Part shown: positions 19,855-27,837 of the stretch, in pieces
Layout of the letters: every line of letters begins with the position of its first letter
How positions within the stretch are numbered: the stretch's first letter is position 1
Assembly: GCA_001872315.1 (NCBI GenBank)
Contig: MNVZ01000010.1
Location: 1,057 to 65,056, forward strand
Length of the DNA: 64,000 nt
Direction: 5' to 3'
Origin: Candidatus Pacearchaeota archaeon CG1_02_39_14
Lineage (GTDB): Archaea; Nanobdellota; Nanobdellia; Pacearchaeales; GW2011-AR1
Made by a program: the position numbers and the translations under genes
Notes under the pieces: model-generated
The model's input: the letters and a program-made list of their open reading frames with translations, nothing else
The model's database searches: none
What the model was told of the DNA's origin: nothing

Positions 19855-20802
19855 ATGAAAACAAGAAGACCGGGGATAAGTGCTTTAATAAGATGTAAAG
19901 ATGAAGAAGATTTTGTATATTTAAGTTTACTCTCTATTAAAGATTCTGTCGACGAGATCATTTTTATTGATAATGCCTCATGTGATAATAGCATAAACGA
20001 AGCTAAAAGATTTAGGGATTCTCATTTTAAAAATAAAAGATTTGTTCTGGATTCTTATGAAAAAGATACATTTACTGGAGATAATCTTGCAGAAATGAAT
20101 AATTATGCATTATCAAAAACAGAAGGAGAATGGATATTTAAGTGGGATGTTGATACTATTGCCCAAACTAAAGGAAATCATTCCCTTTATAAGATTAGAG
20201 AAGCAATTAAAAGAAAAGATATAGACATATTCAGGTTCGGCTATTGGAATCTATGGGGAGATCCATTTCATTTCATTTCTAATAGTAAGGATGAACCCGA
20301 ATACGGACCAACAGGTTGCGGATTTGAAATGCAAGGTTTAGAACAGAGACTTTTTAGATTTGATGAATCATTTTATTATAGTATGACTCAATATGGGGAG
20401 CATTTTTGGGAGAGACCAAATTTTCCTTCTGGATTTAAACAAGAATATTTAGAATTCATTCCTGGAGTTCATATGCAAACAGTAAAACCTTCAGAGATTA
20501 TAGCTCGGAGGTATTTTCTTACCCGATATGGTCCAAAGGAAAGGGAAAGTTACAAAACATTTTTAGATTTTGTAATGTCTGAAGTAAGAAAAGAAGGGTT
20601 TAGTAACCTTCTAGATTTTGGGAAATTTTTATTAATTGATAAAGTAAATAAACAAGGTAGAAAATTTGAAAGAGAATATCCTATCACGTTAGAGTCTTCC
20701 GATTTGCTAAAAAAACCTCCCTATCTATTTTTATTTGAAGGAAGCATATGCATAGACCGAACAGAACCAATTAAACGATTTAATTACTTTGAGTTAAAAT
20801 GA
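19855..20802 (+). CDS. glycosyltransferase family 2
   Basis: 315 aa with an N-terminal GT-A fold and DxD-like signature (ISALIRCKDEEDF...IFIDNASCDNS). Confidence 0.7.
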   Translation: MKTRRPGISALIRCKDEEDFVYLSLLSIKDSVDEIIFIDNASCDNSINEAKRFRDSHFKNKRFVLDSYEKDTFTGDNLAEMNNYALSKTEGEWIFKWDVDTIAQTKGNHSLYKIREAIKRKDIDIFRFGYWNLWGDPFHFISNSKDEPEYGPTGCGFEMQGLEQRLFRFDESFYYSMTQYGEHFWERPNFPSGFKQEYLEFIPGVHMQTVKPSEIIARRYFLTRYGPKERESYKTFLDFVMSEVRKEGFSNLLDFGKFLLIDKVNKQGRKFEREYPITLESSDLLKKPPYLFLFEGSICIDRTEPIKRFNYFELK

Positions 20803-21887
20803 AAATACTCAGCTCTCTACATTCATATAATATTACTGGAGTTTTAAAGCAAAATATATCCTTATTAAAATATCTGAGAACTAGTGCTGGAATAGATGCT
20901 TTAGTTATTGGTCCAAATAAGAATTTGGGAATGGAAATTCTTGAAGAAGAAGGATTTATTGCTGAGACTACTTTTGGAAGATCAATTAATGATATTTTAC
21001 ATAGGCACAATTTCCATCCCGATCTTATTTTATCAGAATCTTTATTTTCCTCCGATGTTTCTGATTTATCTAAAGAAATAGGAGCAAAACATATTATTCG
21101 CATTCATGAAGAAATACCATTTCAATCAGGAAAGGGACTATGGTTATTACCTTATAGACCAATCAACGAATATTTCCAAAAGTTTAGAAATTCGAAAGTG
21201 ATCTTTCCATCAAGCCATACTGCTAATCATTACAGAATGCCATTGCAAGAATTTGACATTGATTTTAGTGTGATTCATGGTTCTATAGATGAAGAAAGAT
21301 TAAAAGAACAAAAAGAAGTGTTGAATTTTAGTGATTTTCAGATATTACAACTTGGAACACTTTATGAGAGAAAGGGAGGAATAAATACTTTAGAATCTTT
21401 TTTTAATTTTTTGAATAAAGAAGGAGTGGAAAACGCTAATCTAATTTTCGCAGGAGTAAGGAATGCAAATGAAAAAGAAATTCAATACAAAGAGAGACTA
21501 GAAAGAAGAGCAAAAGAGCTCGGAATTGAGGAAAAGGTCAGATTTTATGATTCGATGAAAAACCCGTATGCGTTAATGAAGGGATCTTCTATAGTAACAT
21601 TACATTCTTATTCAGAATGTTTTCCAACTGTTTTTTTGGAAGCAATGTATTTCGGAAAAATGATAGTCTCTAGTAATGTTGGAGGAGTAGGTGAACAAGT
21701 ATATGAAGGCGTCACAGGGTATTTATTCAATTCTGGGGACATTAATGAACAGTCTAATGCATTTTCAAAGTTATATGATGAAAGACATTTACTAGAGAGT
21801 AAAAGTAAGATTATAAAAGATAGATACATTGATTATTTTTCACAAGAATCTTCAGGAGATAAATTTTTAAATTTTTTAGAAAAATGA
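20799..21887 (+). CDS. glycosyltransferase family 4 (GT-B, group 1)
   Basis: 362 aa with C-terminal GT1/GT4 motif (EAMYFGKMIVSSNVGGVGEQVYEGVTGYLF). ATGA coupling on both sides. Confidence 0.75.
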   Translation: MKILSSLHSYNITGVLKQNISLLKYLRTSAGIDALVIGPNKNLGMEILEEEGFIAETTFGRSINDILHRHNFHPDLILSESLFSSDVSDLSKEIGAKHIIRIHEEIPFQSGKGLWLLPYRPINEYFQKFRNSKVIFPSSHTANHYRMPLQEFDIDFSVIHGSIDEERLKEQKEVLNFSDFQILQLGTLYERKGGINTLESFFNFLNKEGVENANLIFAGVRNANEKEIQYKERLERRAKELGIEEKVRFYDSMKNPYALMKGSSIVTLHSYSECFPTVFLEAMYFGKMIVSSNVGGVGEQVYEGVTGYLFNSGDINEQSNAFSKLYDERHLLESKSKIIKDRYIDYFSQESSGDKFLNFLEK

Positions 21888-23149
21888 GATCTATAGATGA
21901 AATAGTTGAAGAGAAAGTTGAACGAAGATTTAATAGTATCTTAAAAACGATAGATGAAGGATCAGAATTAGAGGATGTTAGTCTAAATGAAATACTAAAT
22001 GTTGCTGGGAAGTTAAAAAGAACCGACCTAATCAATCTCGGAGAGATGCCTAAGATAGAAAGAGACGCCGAAATAAAGTATAGGAAAGCACTTTCAACTT
22101 TATCAACGGATGTTGCTGAAGAGTATGTCAAAATAAAAGACAGCAATAATCCTGCACGCCTCTCTTCACTCAATCTACCAATAGACGATAAACAGTTTAA
22201 ATTAAATTATATAGAAGACAAAATTGCCTATAATCCAGAAATGGATAGAAGTTATCTTGTCGAAGCAATAAGAACAATTGCTGAAAGAAAAGAACAAATT
22301 GAACTTAAAAAGATCAGAGGTTTACATAAATCAGTTTCTAGAAAATCGGAATTCGGAGACTTTTTTAATTTGTACTCTGAAATTTCTCAAGATGCTTCTG
22401 CGGTTCTTTTTGATAGGTCTTTGCAAAAAAACCTAATACTGGCTTGTGATGGAAATAATCTTGAGGTTTTGGTTTACAAGTGTTTGAGATTGACTCATGA
22501 TGCTGGAATTCCCAATATCTGTAGCCACCTTGATGATTATGTGACACAAGATAAAGACGGTAAAGATATAAAATTCTTAGGAGAACCTGATAAATATCAG
22601 CTAGATAGAACAAGAGAACTATCCCAAATGGTATCCAGCAGAATACAAAATCTTTCTTTAATAATGTTAATTTCTGATTTTGATTTATGGAAGTTTGGTT
22701 CTGAAACTGTAACAAGACTTTTACCAAAAGCCAAAGATTACATAAAACATGTTAAAGGCTATCTCCCGGAAATTAAGGTAATTTCTGAAACAGATTATGT
22801 AAAAAGTTTTCCTGATTTTGATTCAAACTTTAATAGGGTTTTTGAATCTATAAGAAATAGAGATGGTAGATTTATACACCCAGCAGAATTCTCAAGGATA
22901 GAAACAGATTATAATAATACTTTCGCTGGTACGCTTAACGAGTGGACTGAGGAAAAAAATCTTCATTACTCTCTTTCGTCTGTTTCAAGAAACATTGCTA
23001 CAGGTATTACATTGGATGAAGCGAGAGGTAATTTTTTATTTGTATTTTATAACAATAATACGATTAATGGGGAGCGGATTAATCTAAATGTTAGAGATAA
23101 AATTCCTTGCCTGGCATATCCAAAAATGAAGTCAAAACAAATCCTGTGA
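21884..23149 (+). CDS. hypothetical protein (third gene of coupled GT operon)
   Basis: 421 aa ORF whose start overlaps the GT4 stop (ATGA). No recognised domain. Confidence 0.5.
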   Translation: MRSIDEIVEEKVERRFNSILKTIDEGSELEDVSLNEILNVAGKLKRTDLINLGEMPKIERDAEIKYRKALSTLSTDVAEEYVKIKDSNNPARLSSLNLPIDDKQFKLNYIEDKIAYNPEMDRSYLVEAIRTIAERKEQIELKKIRGLHKSVSRKSEFGDFFNLYSEISQDASAVLFDRSLQKNLILACDGNNLEVLVYKCLRLTHDAGIPNICSHLDDYVTQDKDGKDIKFLGEPDKYQLDRTRELSQMVSSRIQNLSLIMLISDFDLWKFGSETVTRLLPKAKDYIKHVKGYLPEIKVISETDYVKSFPDFDSNFNRVFESIRNRDGRFIHPAEFSRIETDYNNTFAGTLNEWTEEKNLHYSLSSVSRNIATGITLDEARGNFLFVFYNNNTINGERINLNVRDKIPCLAYPKMKSKQIL

Positions 23150-23935
23150 TGCAAAAGTCTTTGATAATTCAATCGCTTTTGTTGCAGATTCCATATCCCC
23201 TCTCGGTAGATCAATACAAAGTGCTTGAGTAAGTTTACTTGTTATCATGTAAAATAGCAGGATCTCTAAGGAATTTTTGTTATGGGGATAATTTTCTAAA
23301 ATTGCATCAAAAAATGGACGATGATTAGATCCTTCTAGTTCTGATATGTCTGCTAAAAGATTTCCTACATCCACTAAAGGATCAAAAATTCCGAAGTATT
23401 CAAAATCAATTATTGCCTTAACTGTATCATCTTGATTGAAGAAAAAATGTCTCATCTTTGCATCAAACCAAGTATAAGAAAATTTTTCTGGTTCTAATTT
23501 AGATCCTAATTTATTTAGTATGCTCTCAAGATTCCCCATATCAAAATGATTCTTTAAACCACCCACATATTTATTGATAACATGCCTTGTAAGACTATAC
23601 GAAAACCCTTGGATTGAAAATCTCGGATCCGAAATATCTTCAGACACCCTTTCATTTATTGGTATATTGTGAAGATTATATAAAACACGCGAAGCATTTT
23701 TAACTCGCTCCTTACTAAGTTTTTCTAATCCATCTTCATGATTTATTTTTTCAAAAGAAATTGCTCTATTTTCGTGATCTATGTGAATTATTTTTGCAAG
23801 AGGAAAGTTATTTTTATTTAATATTTTATAAGCCAATAACTCTCTTTCAAATCCATTATTTGAATCGTAGGTCTTTGTTACAGAATTTTCTCCATAAACA
23901 ATTTTATTATGATGCCTTCTTTCTCGATTATCCAT
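23132..23935 (-). CDS. APH/choline-kinase-like phosphotransferase
   Basis: 267 aa with Brenner/APH motif (HNIPINE...) and metal-binding IIDFEYFGIFDPLVDVGNLL, typical of the aminoglycoside phosphotransferase/choline kinase family. Confidence 0.6.
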   Translation of the reverse strand: MDNRERRHHNKIVYGENSVTKTYDSNNGFERELLAYKILNKNNFPLAKIIHIDHENRAISFEKINHEDGLEKLSKERVKNASRVLYNLHNIPINERVSEDISDPRFSIQGFSYSLTRHVINKYVGGLKNHFDMGNLESILNKLGSKLEPEKFSYTWFDAKMRHFFFNQDDTVKAIIDFEYFGIFDPLVDVGNLLADISELEGSNHRPFFDAILENYPHNKNSLEILLFYMITSKLTQALCIDLPRGDMESATKAIELSKTFASQDLF

Positions 23936-23948
23936 AACAATGATTTAT

Positions 23949-24812
23949 TCAATTTATTTTTAAATCTTTGCCATCGTATTCTGAAATACCTTCAAATTTG
24001 AACGGGCTTTTTTTGTTACCTTCTCCAAAAGATCTTATCTTTAATATCGGGAAATTATACTCTTTACACATATCAAGTATCTCATTTTTTAATGTTGTCT
24101 CTTTTTCTTCTTCAATTAATGGAAAGCCCCCAAGTATTAGTCCATTAATTTTTTTAAAAATTCCTCTAATCTTGAATTGGTAAAGCCAATATTTTATCAT
24201 CCTATAATCTTTTTCTGTGTGATTTTCCAAAGCAAGAATTTTATTCTCAAAATTTATCAATTCTGGATTTGTCGCGATAATGTTTAATAGAGCTATATCA
24301 TTTCCTGGGATAAGCTTTCCAGAAAATTGTCCTTTTTTATAAACATTTATCTCTTCTGCTTTTATATTCAGAGGTTCTCTTTTTAAAATTGTGTCAAATC
24401 TTTCTATTGATTTCTCATCAAGTTTGGAGAAAGATTTTAAGTTGAGACCAACAAAAACTTCCAGATTAGATATATTATTTAAATATGGTGCAAGATGACA
24501 AAAATCACTATTGCCTAAAATGATTTTTTTATTATTCAACTTAATATTTATATTTAGATAATTAATTAATTCTATACTTCTAACTCCTCCCTTAGCAACC
24601 ATTATCAGGTCTATTCCATCATCAGCTATAGCTTTATTGAGAGATTTTGCAAGAAATTTTGGATCTATAGTTGAGAGGGTATTTTTTATTAAAGAAATTT
24701 TAACATGGTGGTATTTGTTTTGTATAAAACTCATATCTCTTTCTATCTTAGTTAAATCTTCTTTTTTTATTTTTCCTGACAGATTTATTATTACGATATT
24801 TTTAGCTTTCAT
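23949..24812 (-). CDS. S66-family LD-carboxypeptidase/MccF-like serine peptidase (tentative)
   Basis: 287 aa with a GxSD nucleophile-elbow-like motif (ILGNSDFCHL) and size/organisation compatible with S66. No strong catalytic triad can be confirmed by eye. Confidence 0.4.
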   Translation of the reverse strand: MKAKNIVIINLSGKIKKEDLTKIERDMSFIQNKYHHVKISLIKNTLSTIDPKFLAKSLNKAIADDGIDLIMVAKGGVRSIELINYLNINIKLNNKKIILGNSDFCHLAPYLNNISNLEVFVGLNLKSFSKLDEKSIERFDTILKREPLNIKAEEINVYKKGQFSGKLIPGNDIALLNIIATNPELINFENKILALENHTEKDYRMIKYWLYQFKIRGIFKKINGLILGGFPLIEEEKETTLKNEILDMCKEYNFPILKIRSFGEGNKKSPFKFEGISEYDGKDLKIN

Positions 24813-24837
24813 ATATTAAAAGATTTATTCCAGATAT

Positions 24838-25776
24838 TTAAACTTTGCTCAATTTAATCAAGTCCAGCCACTTATTAACTCCTAACTCTAAATGAGGTAT
24901 AGCAACTTCTGCAGGTGTCTTTTTACCTAAAGTCATATGTTTTCTATTAAAGTTATAGTTAATTTCTAGACCTTTCATTATTGCATGGGCACTTTCTATA
25001 CAACCATGAAAACCTCTCATGACTTTTGTTCTTTCTCTAATAGTATTATGTAACCTCTCAATTGGATAATTAAAACCTCTTTCATCTGCTATTACAACAT
25101 TATGGATTATCTTGCTCTTAGTTCTTGAAGAAGCGTGATACGGAGATTGTAAACTAAAAGTCTTCCTTAACACTCTTGGGTAACCTCTTAGTCCATCTGT
25201 TGTAACAATCTCAACCTGTTCTTCTGTCTTAAATTTTGCTCTCTTCATAACTTTGATTAAATTTTCATTAGTTCTACTTCCAATATACTCACCTGTAACC
25301 ATAAACTTAGTTTCTACATCAAAAGTATCAACAAACCAATTCTGTTCTTTTCCTCTGTGATATTTACTTTTTCTTCTGTAATATTCCATTTCATCGCTTT
25401 GCATTTCCTTTCCACATTTTATTGGAATGTTATCAACCAAATTTCCAACCATTTCAGCATATTTTATTATCCATCTGTAAACTGACATATGACTTGAGTT
25501 GTAAGGGTAGAAAGCTTGGAAATGTTCTTGTACTTTTCTTAATGAAACGCCTTTGTAATACAAATCAATTCCAGCAGTAATTTTGTTCTCGTTATTTCTC
25601 ATTCTATAAAACCCATCATCAATGACAAACCTAAAATTACATTCTTTACATCTGTATCTTTGAATTTTACCTCTATTTTGAGTTTTCCTTTTTCCGTCTT
25701 TCTTAATCTTGTTAGAACTACATTTAGGACAAGTTACATTTTTATACTTCTGTTGAATTATCTCTTTGGATTTCAT
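24838..25776 (-). CDS. DDE-type transposase with N-terminal C4 zinc ribbon (IS6/IS1-like)
   Basis: 312 aa. N-terminal CPKC...CKEC zinc finger. The core ends in the integrase-like signature NYNFNRKHMTLGKKTPAEV, with acidic residues spaced as in DDE transposases. Confidence 0.7.
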   Translation of the reverse strand: MKSKEIIQQKYKNVTCPKCSSNKIKKDGKRKTQNRGKIQRYRCKECNFRFVIDDGFYRMRNNENKITAGIDLYYKGVSLRKVQEHFQAFYPYNSSHMSVYRWIIKYAEMVGNLVDNIPIKCGKEMQSDEMEYYRRKSKYHRGKEQNWFVDTFDVETKFMVTGEYIGSRTNENLIKVMKRAKFKTEEQVEIVTTDGLRGYPRVLRKTFSLQSPYHASSRTKSKIIHNVVIADERGFNYPIERLHNTIRERTKVMRGFHGCIESAHAIMKGLEINYNFNRKHMTLGKKTPAEVAIPHLELGVNKWLDLIKLSKV

Positions 25777-25793
25777 CTTAGCGGGTGGAATCT

Positions 25794-25811
25794 GGGACTC
25801 TTCGGAGTCCC
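25794..25811 (-). promoter_or_regulatory. GC-rich hairpin in transposase 5' leader
   Basis: GGGACTC-TTCG-GAGTCCC, a perfect 7-bp stem with a 4-nt loop, 18-35 nt upstream of the transposase start codon in otherwise AT-rich DNA. Confidence 0.3.
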
Positions 25812-25920
25812 TGTATATTATTAACTAATAATATATCAGTTAAGTATATTAGCTATTTAAACTTTTCTATAGTAGAGAATATACTAAATATTTATATACT
25901 AATTAATCATATATCTATTG

Positions 25921-26076
25921 ATGGCGAGAGTAAAAATAGAAGTTGAAGGTTTCCAATGTGAGAGATGTGGGCATAAATGGGTTCCTCGTGGAAGTGATGA
26001 AGAACCTGCTGTTTGCCCAAAATGTAAAAGCCCATATTGGAATAAACCAAGAAAACGAAAAATAAAGAAACATTAA
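25921..26076 (+). CDS. small zinc-ribbon protein (51 aa), not in the six-frame track
   Basis: MARVKIEVEGFQCERCGHKWVPRGSDEEPAVCPKCKSPYWNKPRKRKIKKH. Two CxxC pairs and a basic tail. Followed by a T7 run. Confidence 0.4.
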   Translation: MARVKIEVEGFQCERCGHKWVPRGSDEEPAVCPKCKSPYWNKPRKRKIKKH

Positions 26077-26083
26077 TTTTTTT
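26077..26083 (+). terminator. oligo-T archaeal-type terminator
   Basis: TTTTTTT immediately after the TAA stop of the small zinc-ribbon ORF. Confidence 0.3.
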
Positions 26084-26092
26084 GAGCTAAAT

Positions 26093-26115
26093 AACTCCCT
26101 TTAACGTTACAATGT
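26093..26115 (-). repeat. right terminal inverted repeat (23 bp)
   Basis: AACTCCCTTTAACGTTACAATGT is the exact reverse complement of 19738-19760. Confidence 0.7.
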
Positions 26116-26119
26116 ATCA

Positions 26120-26593
26120 TTAGTATCTGTTAGAAATTATCTTACAGCAACTTATTGCGATGCTCGCCTCAGCAATGTATTCCTCGTTATCTGTTAGGCA
26201 AACCTGTCCCTTGTGGTTAAGATCCCCAGGATAAACATCCCATTGCTCCTGCCTGGAATCATTGCTAGTAACCATAATGTCACATCCCGTTTTCTTATAT
26301 CCTTTTGAACATCCTAAGCCCCACCATTCCCCGCCTTCTTCAGGTCCAAGTTCAGATGCATTCCCTATAGGAATAATGGTCCCTGGCTTGCCTGAAATCA
26401 TTCTTACAAGAGGGGCATCATTGCCCATTCTGGTCGCATAAACGCAATCAAGACTGAGCCCAACATCCGGTTTGATTAACAAAGTAGGATCTTCCAAATC
26501 CTGGGCATAAACTACAAAAAAACCTCCAATCAAAAGCACTAATCCAAGAATTCCAAAAAAATATTTCTTTTCCAGATTAATGTTAACATTCAT
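26120..26593 (-). CDS. secreted Cys-rich paralog family protein A
   Basis: 157 aa. N-terminus MNVNINLEKKYFF plus anchor. Shared blocks with 27343-27780: LDCVYATR, WGLGC..YKKTGC, C(L/V)TD(N/D)EEY, SI.CCKI. Confidence 0.55.
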   Translation of the reverse strand: MNVNINLEKKYFFGILGLVLLIGGFFVVYAQDLEDPTLLIKPDVGLSLDCVYATRMGNDAPLVRMISGKPGTIIPIGNASELGPEEGGEWWGLGCSKGYKKTGCDIMVTSNDSRQEQWDVYPGDLNHKGQVCLTDNEEYIAEASIAISCCKIISNRY

Positions 26594-26651
26594 AAAAATA
26601 TATAGCTCAGAAGTTTATAAAATATGGCAGTCTTAGACCATACTACAATAA

Positions 26652-27356
26652 TCAGAAGCTTCCTGAACTAGTGCAGCAAATCTTCAGAGGATAATTATTT
26701 GCATCCCGAGATTCTAAGTGAGCATTCCTTTCTCCAGTCAAAGAAGCAATTTCTTCTTCATCCGCAAGGCATTCAGCTCTTGAAGTGCATTGCAAGTCCC
26801 CATAACATACAGGAAGATTATAATCTCCTGAAAAAACTTCAGGTGCTTCTGCATGTGAGTTAAAGCTCTTTATCAACCTTAAAACAAGGTTATTTTCCTC
26901 TCCTGAATTGCCGGAACATTGATGTGGATCTCTGTTTCCAAAGTCAAACATCTCTCCAAATATCTCATTGTAACACACCTTCAAAGAATAAACTGTCTCA
27001 TTCCATAAAGCACCATGTGTATTCTCTTCTCCATATAGCCTCATAATTATTTGTCCGTCATCACATATATTTCTCTTTGAAGAGCCACCACCCCCGTTTC
27101 CTCCGCCACGATAAGTCCTGTTGTTCTCATAATTGATAGGGTTATATCCATATTCATTATTATTCAAGTTAGAATTATCGTAATTACCAAGGCCCGTATA
27201 ATTATAATAATCTCTTGATGGGTTAGGTTCGGGATCTTCCTCAGAAGTGTAAACCCTTACAAGCAAAAACATGGAAACAACAATCAACAGGAGCAATAAA
27301 ATAGCTAAAACGATAACTGAAATCTTATCTTTGCTATTCATTTTAATTAGCCGCAA
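26652..27356 (-). CDS. secreted Asn/Tyr-rich and Cys-rich protein (same family, C-terminal CC motif)
   Basis: 234 aa with an N-terminal anchor, a low-complexity N/Y/G linker, and a Cys-rich domain ending in KICCTSSGSF. 14-nt overlap with the upstream paralog. Confidence 0.5.
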   Translation of the reverse strand: MRLIKMNSKDKISVIVLAILLLLLIVVSMFLLVRVYTSEEDPEPNPSRDYYNYTGLGNYDNSNLNNNEYGYNPINYENNRTYRGGGNGGGGSSKRNICDDGQIIMRLYGEENTHGALWNETVYSLKVCYNEIFGEMFDFGNRDPHQCSGNSGEENNLVLRLIKSFNSHAEAPEVFSGDYNLPVCYGDLQCTSRAECLADEEEIASLTGERNAHLESRDANNYPLKICCTSSGSF

Positions 27357-27780
27357 TCTTGCAACAAACGATGCTTAACCCAGCACTTGCATTATATTCT
27401 TCATCATCGGTTACACAACCTTGTCCATCACTAGTAGAAGTAACATCAGAATCGATAGATTCACCTGTAAAATCAGCTAAATAACATCCAGTCTTCTTGT
27501 AATCATTAACACATCCAAGTCCCCACTTCTCGTCAAATCCTCCCCCAATTCCTATACTCTCAATAGCACTGGCATCCCCTGAAATAATAACCGGTTCTTC
27601 TCCAGCATTTCTAATCGCGTAAGTACAATCTAATTTTATATCCAACTCTCCAACACTATGCCCAAAAACCTCTGGCTCATTAGTGCCGTAAGCGTAAACT
27701 GCAAAAATTCCTGTAATCAGAAATAAAGCTCCTAAAATCGTAAAGAAATATCTTTTCTCAATACTAATGTTAAACTCCAT
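27343..27780 (-). CDS. secreted Cys-rich paralog family protein B
   Basis: 145 aa with clear homology to 26120-26593 (see the shared blocks listed there). Confidence 0.55.
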   Translation of the reverse strand: MEFNISIEKRYFFTILGALFLITGIFAVYAYGTNEPEVFGHSVGELDIKLDCTYAIRNAGEEPVIISGDASAIESIGIGGGFDEKWGLGCVNDYKKTGCYLADFTGESIDSDVTSTSDGQGCVTDDEEYNASAGLSIVCCKIAAN

Positions 27781-27837
27781 ATATTTGTTGTCATTTTATA
27801 GTTTATAAAGATTATTATAGTAAGATTAAAGAGAACT

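Larger units (their letters stand above)
19738..26115. mobile_element. putative 6.4-kb TIR-bounded transposon or genomic islet carrying glycosyltransferase, kinase and peptidase cargo plus a DDE transposase
   Basis: Perfect 23-bp inverted repeats at both ends. Flanking 10-bp near-identical direct repeats ATCGTTAGTA (19727-19736) and ATCATTAGTA (26116-26125). Internal zinc-finger DDE transposase (24838-25776). The segment is more AT-rich than its flanks. Confidence 0.55.

Noticed and set aside
24813-25920. Separate short terminal inverted repeats immediately flanking the transposase gene (classical IS boundaries)
   Set aside because: The only nearby similarity is a 12-bp direct match (tatttaaacttt) in AT-rich sequence. 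This is insufficient and in the wrong orientation for TIRs.
19727-26125. Clean target-site duplication for the TIR-bounded element
   Set aside because: The flanking 10-mers differ by one base and the left copy is offset by 1 nt from the TIR. They are suggestive but not a clean TSD, so the element may be old or its exact termini may differ slightly.
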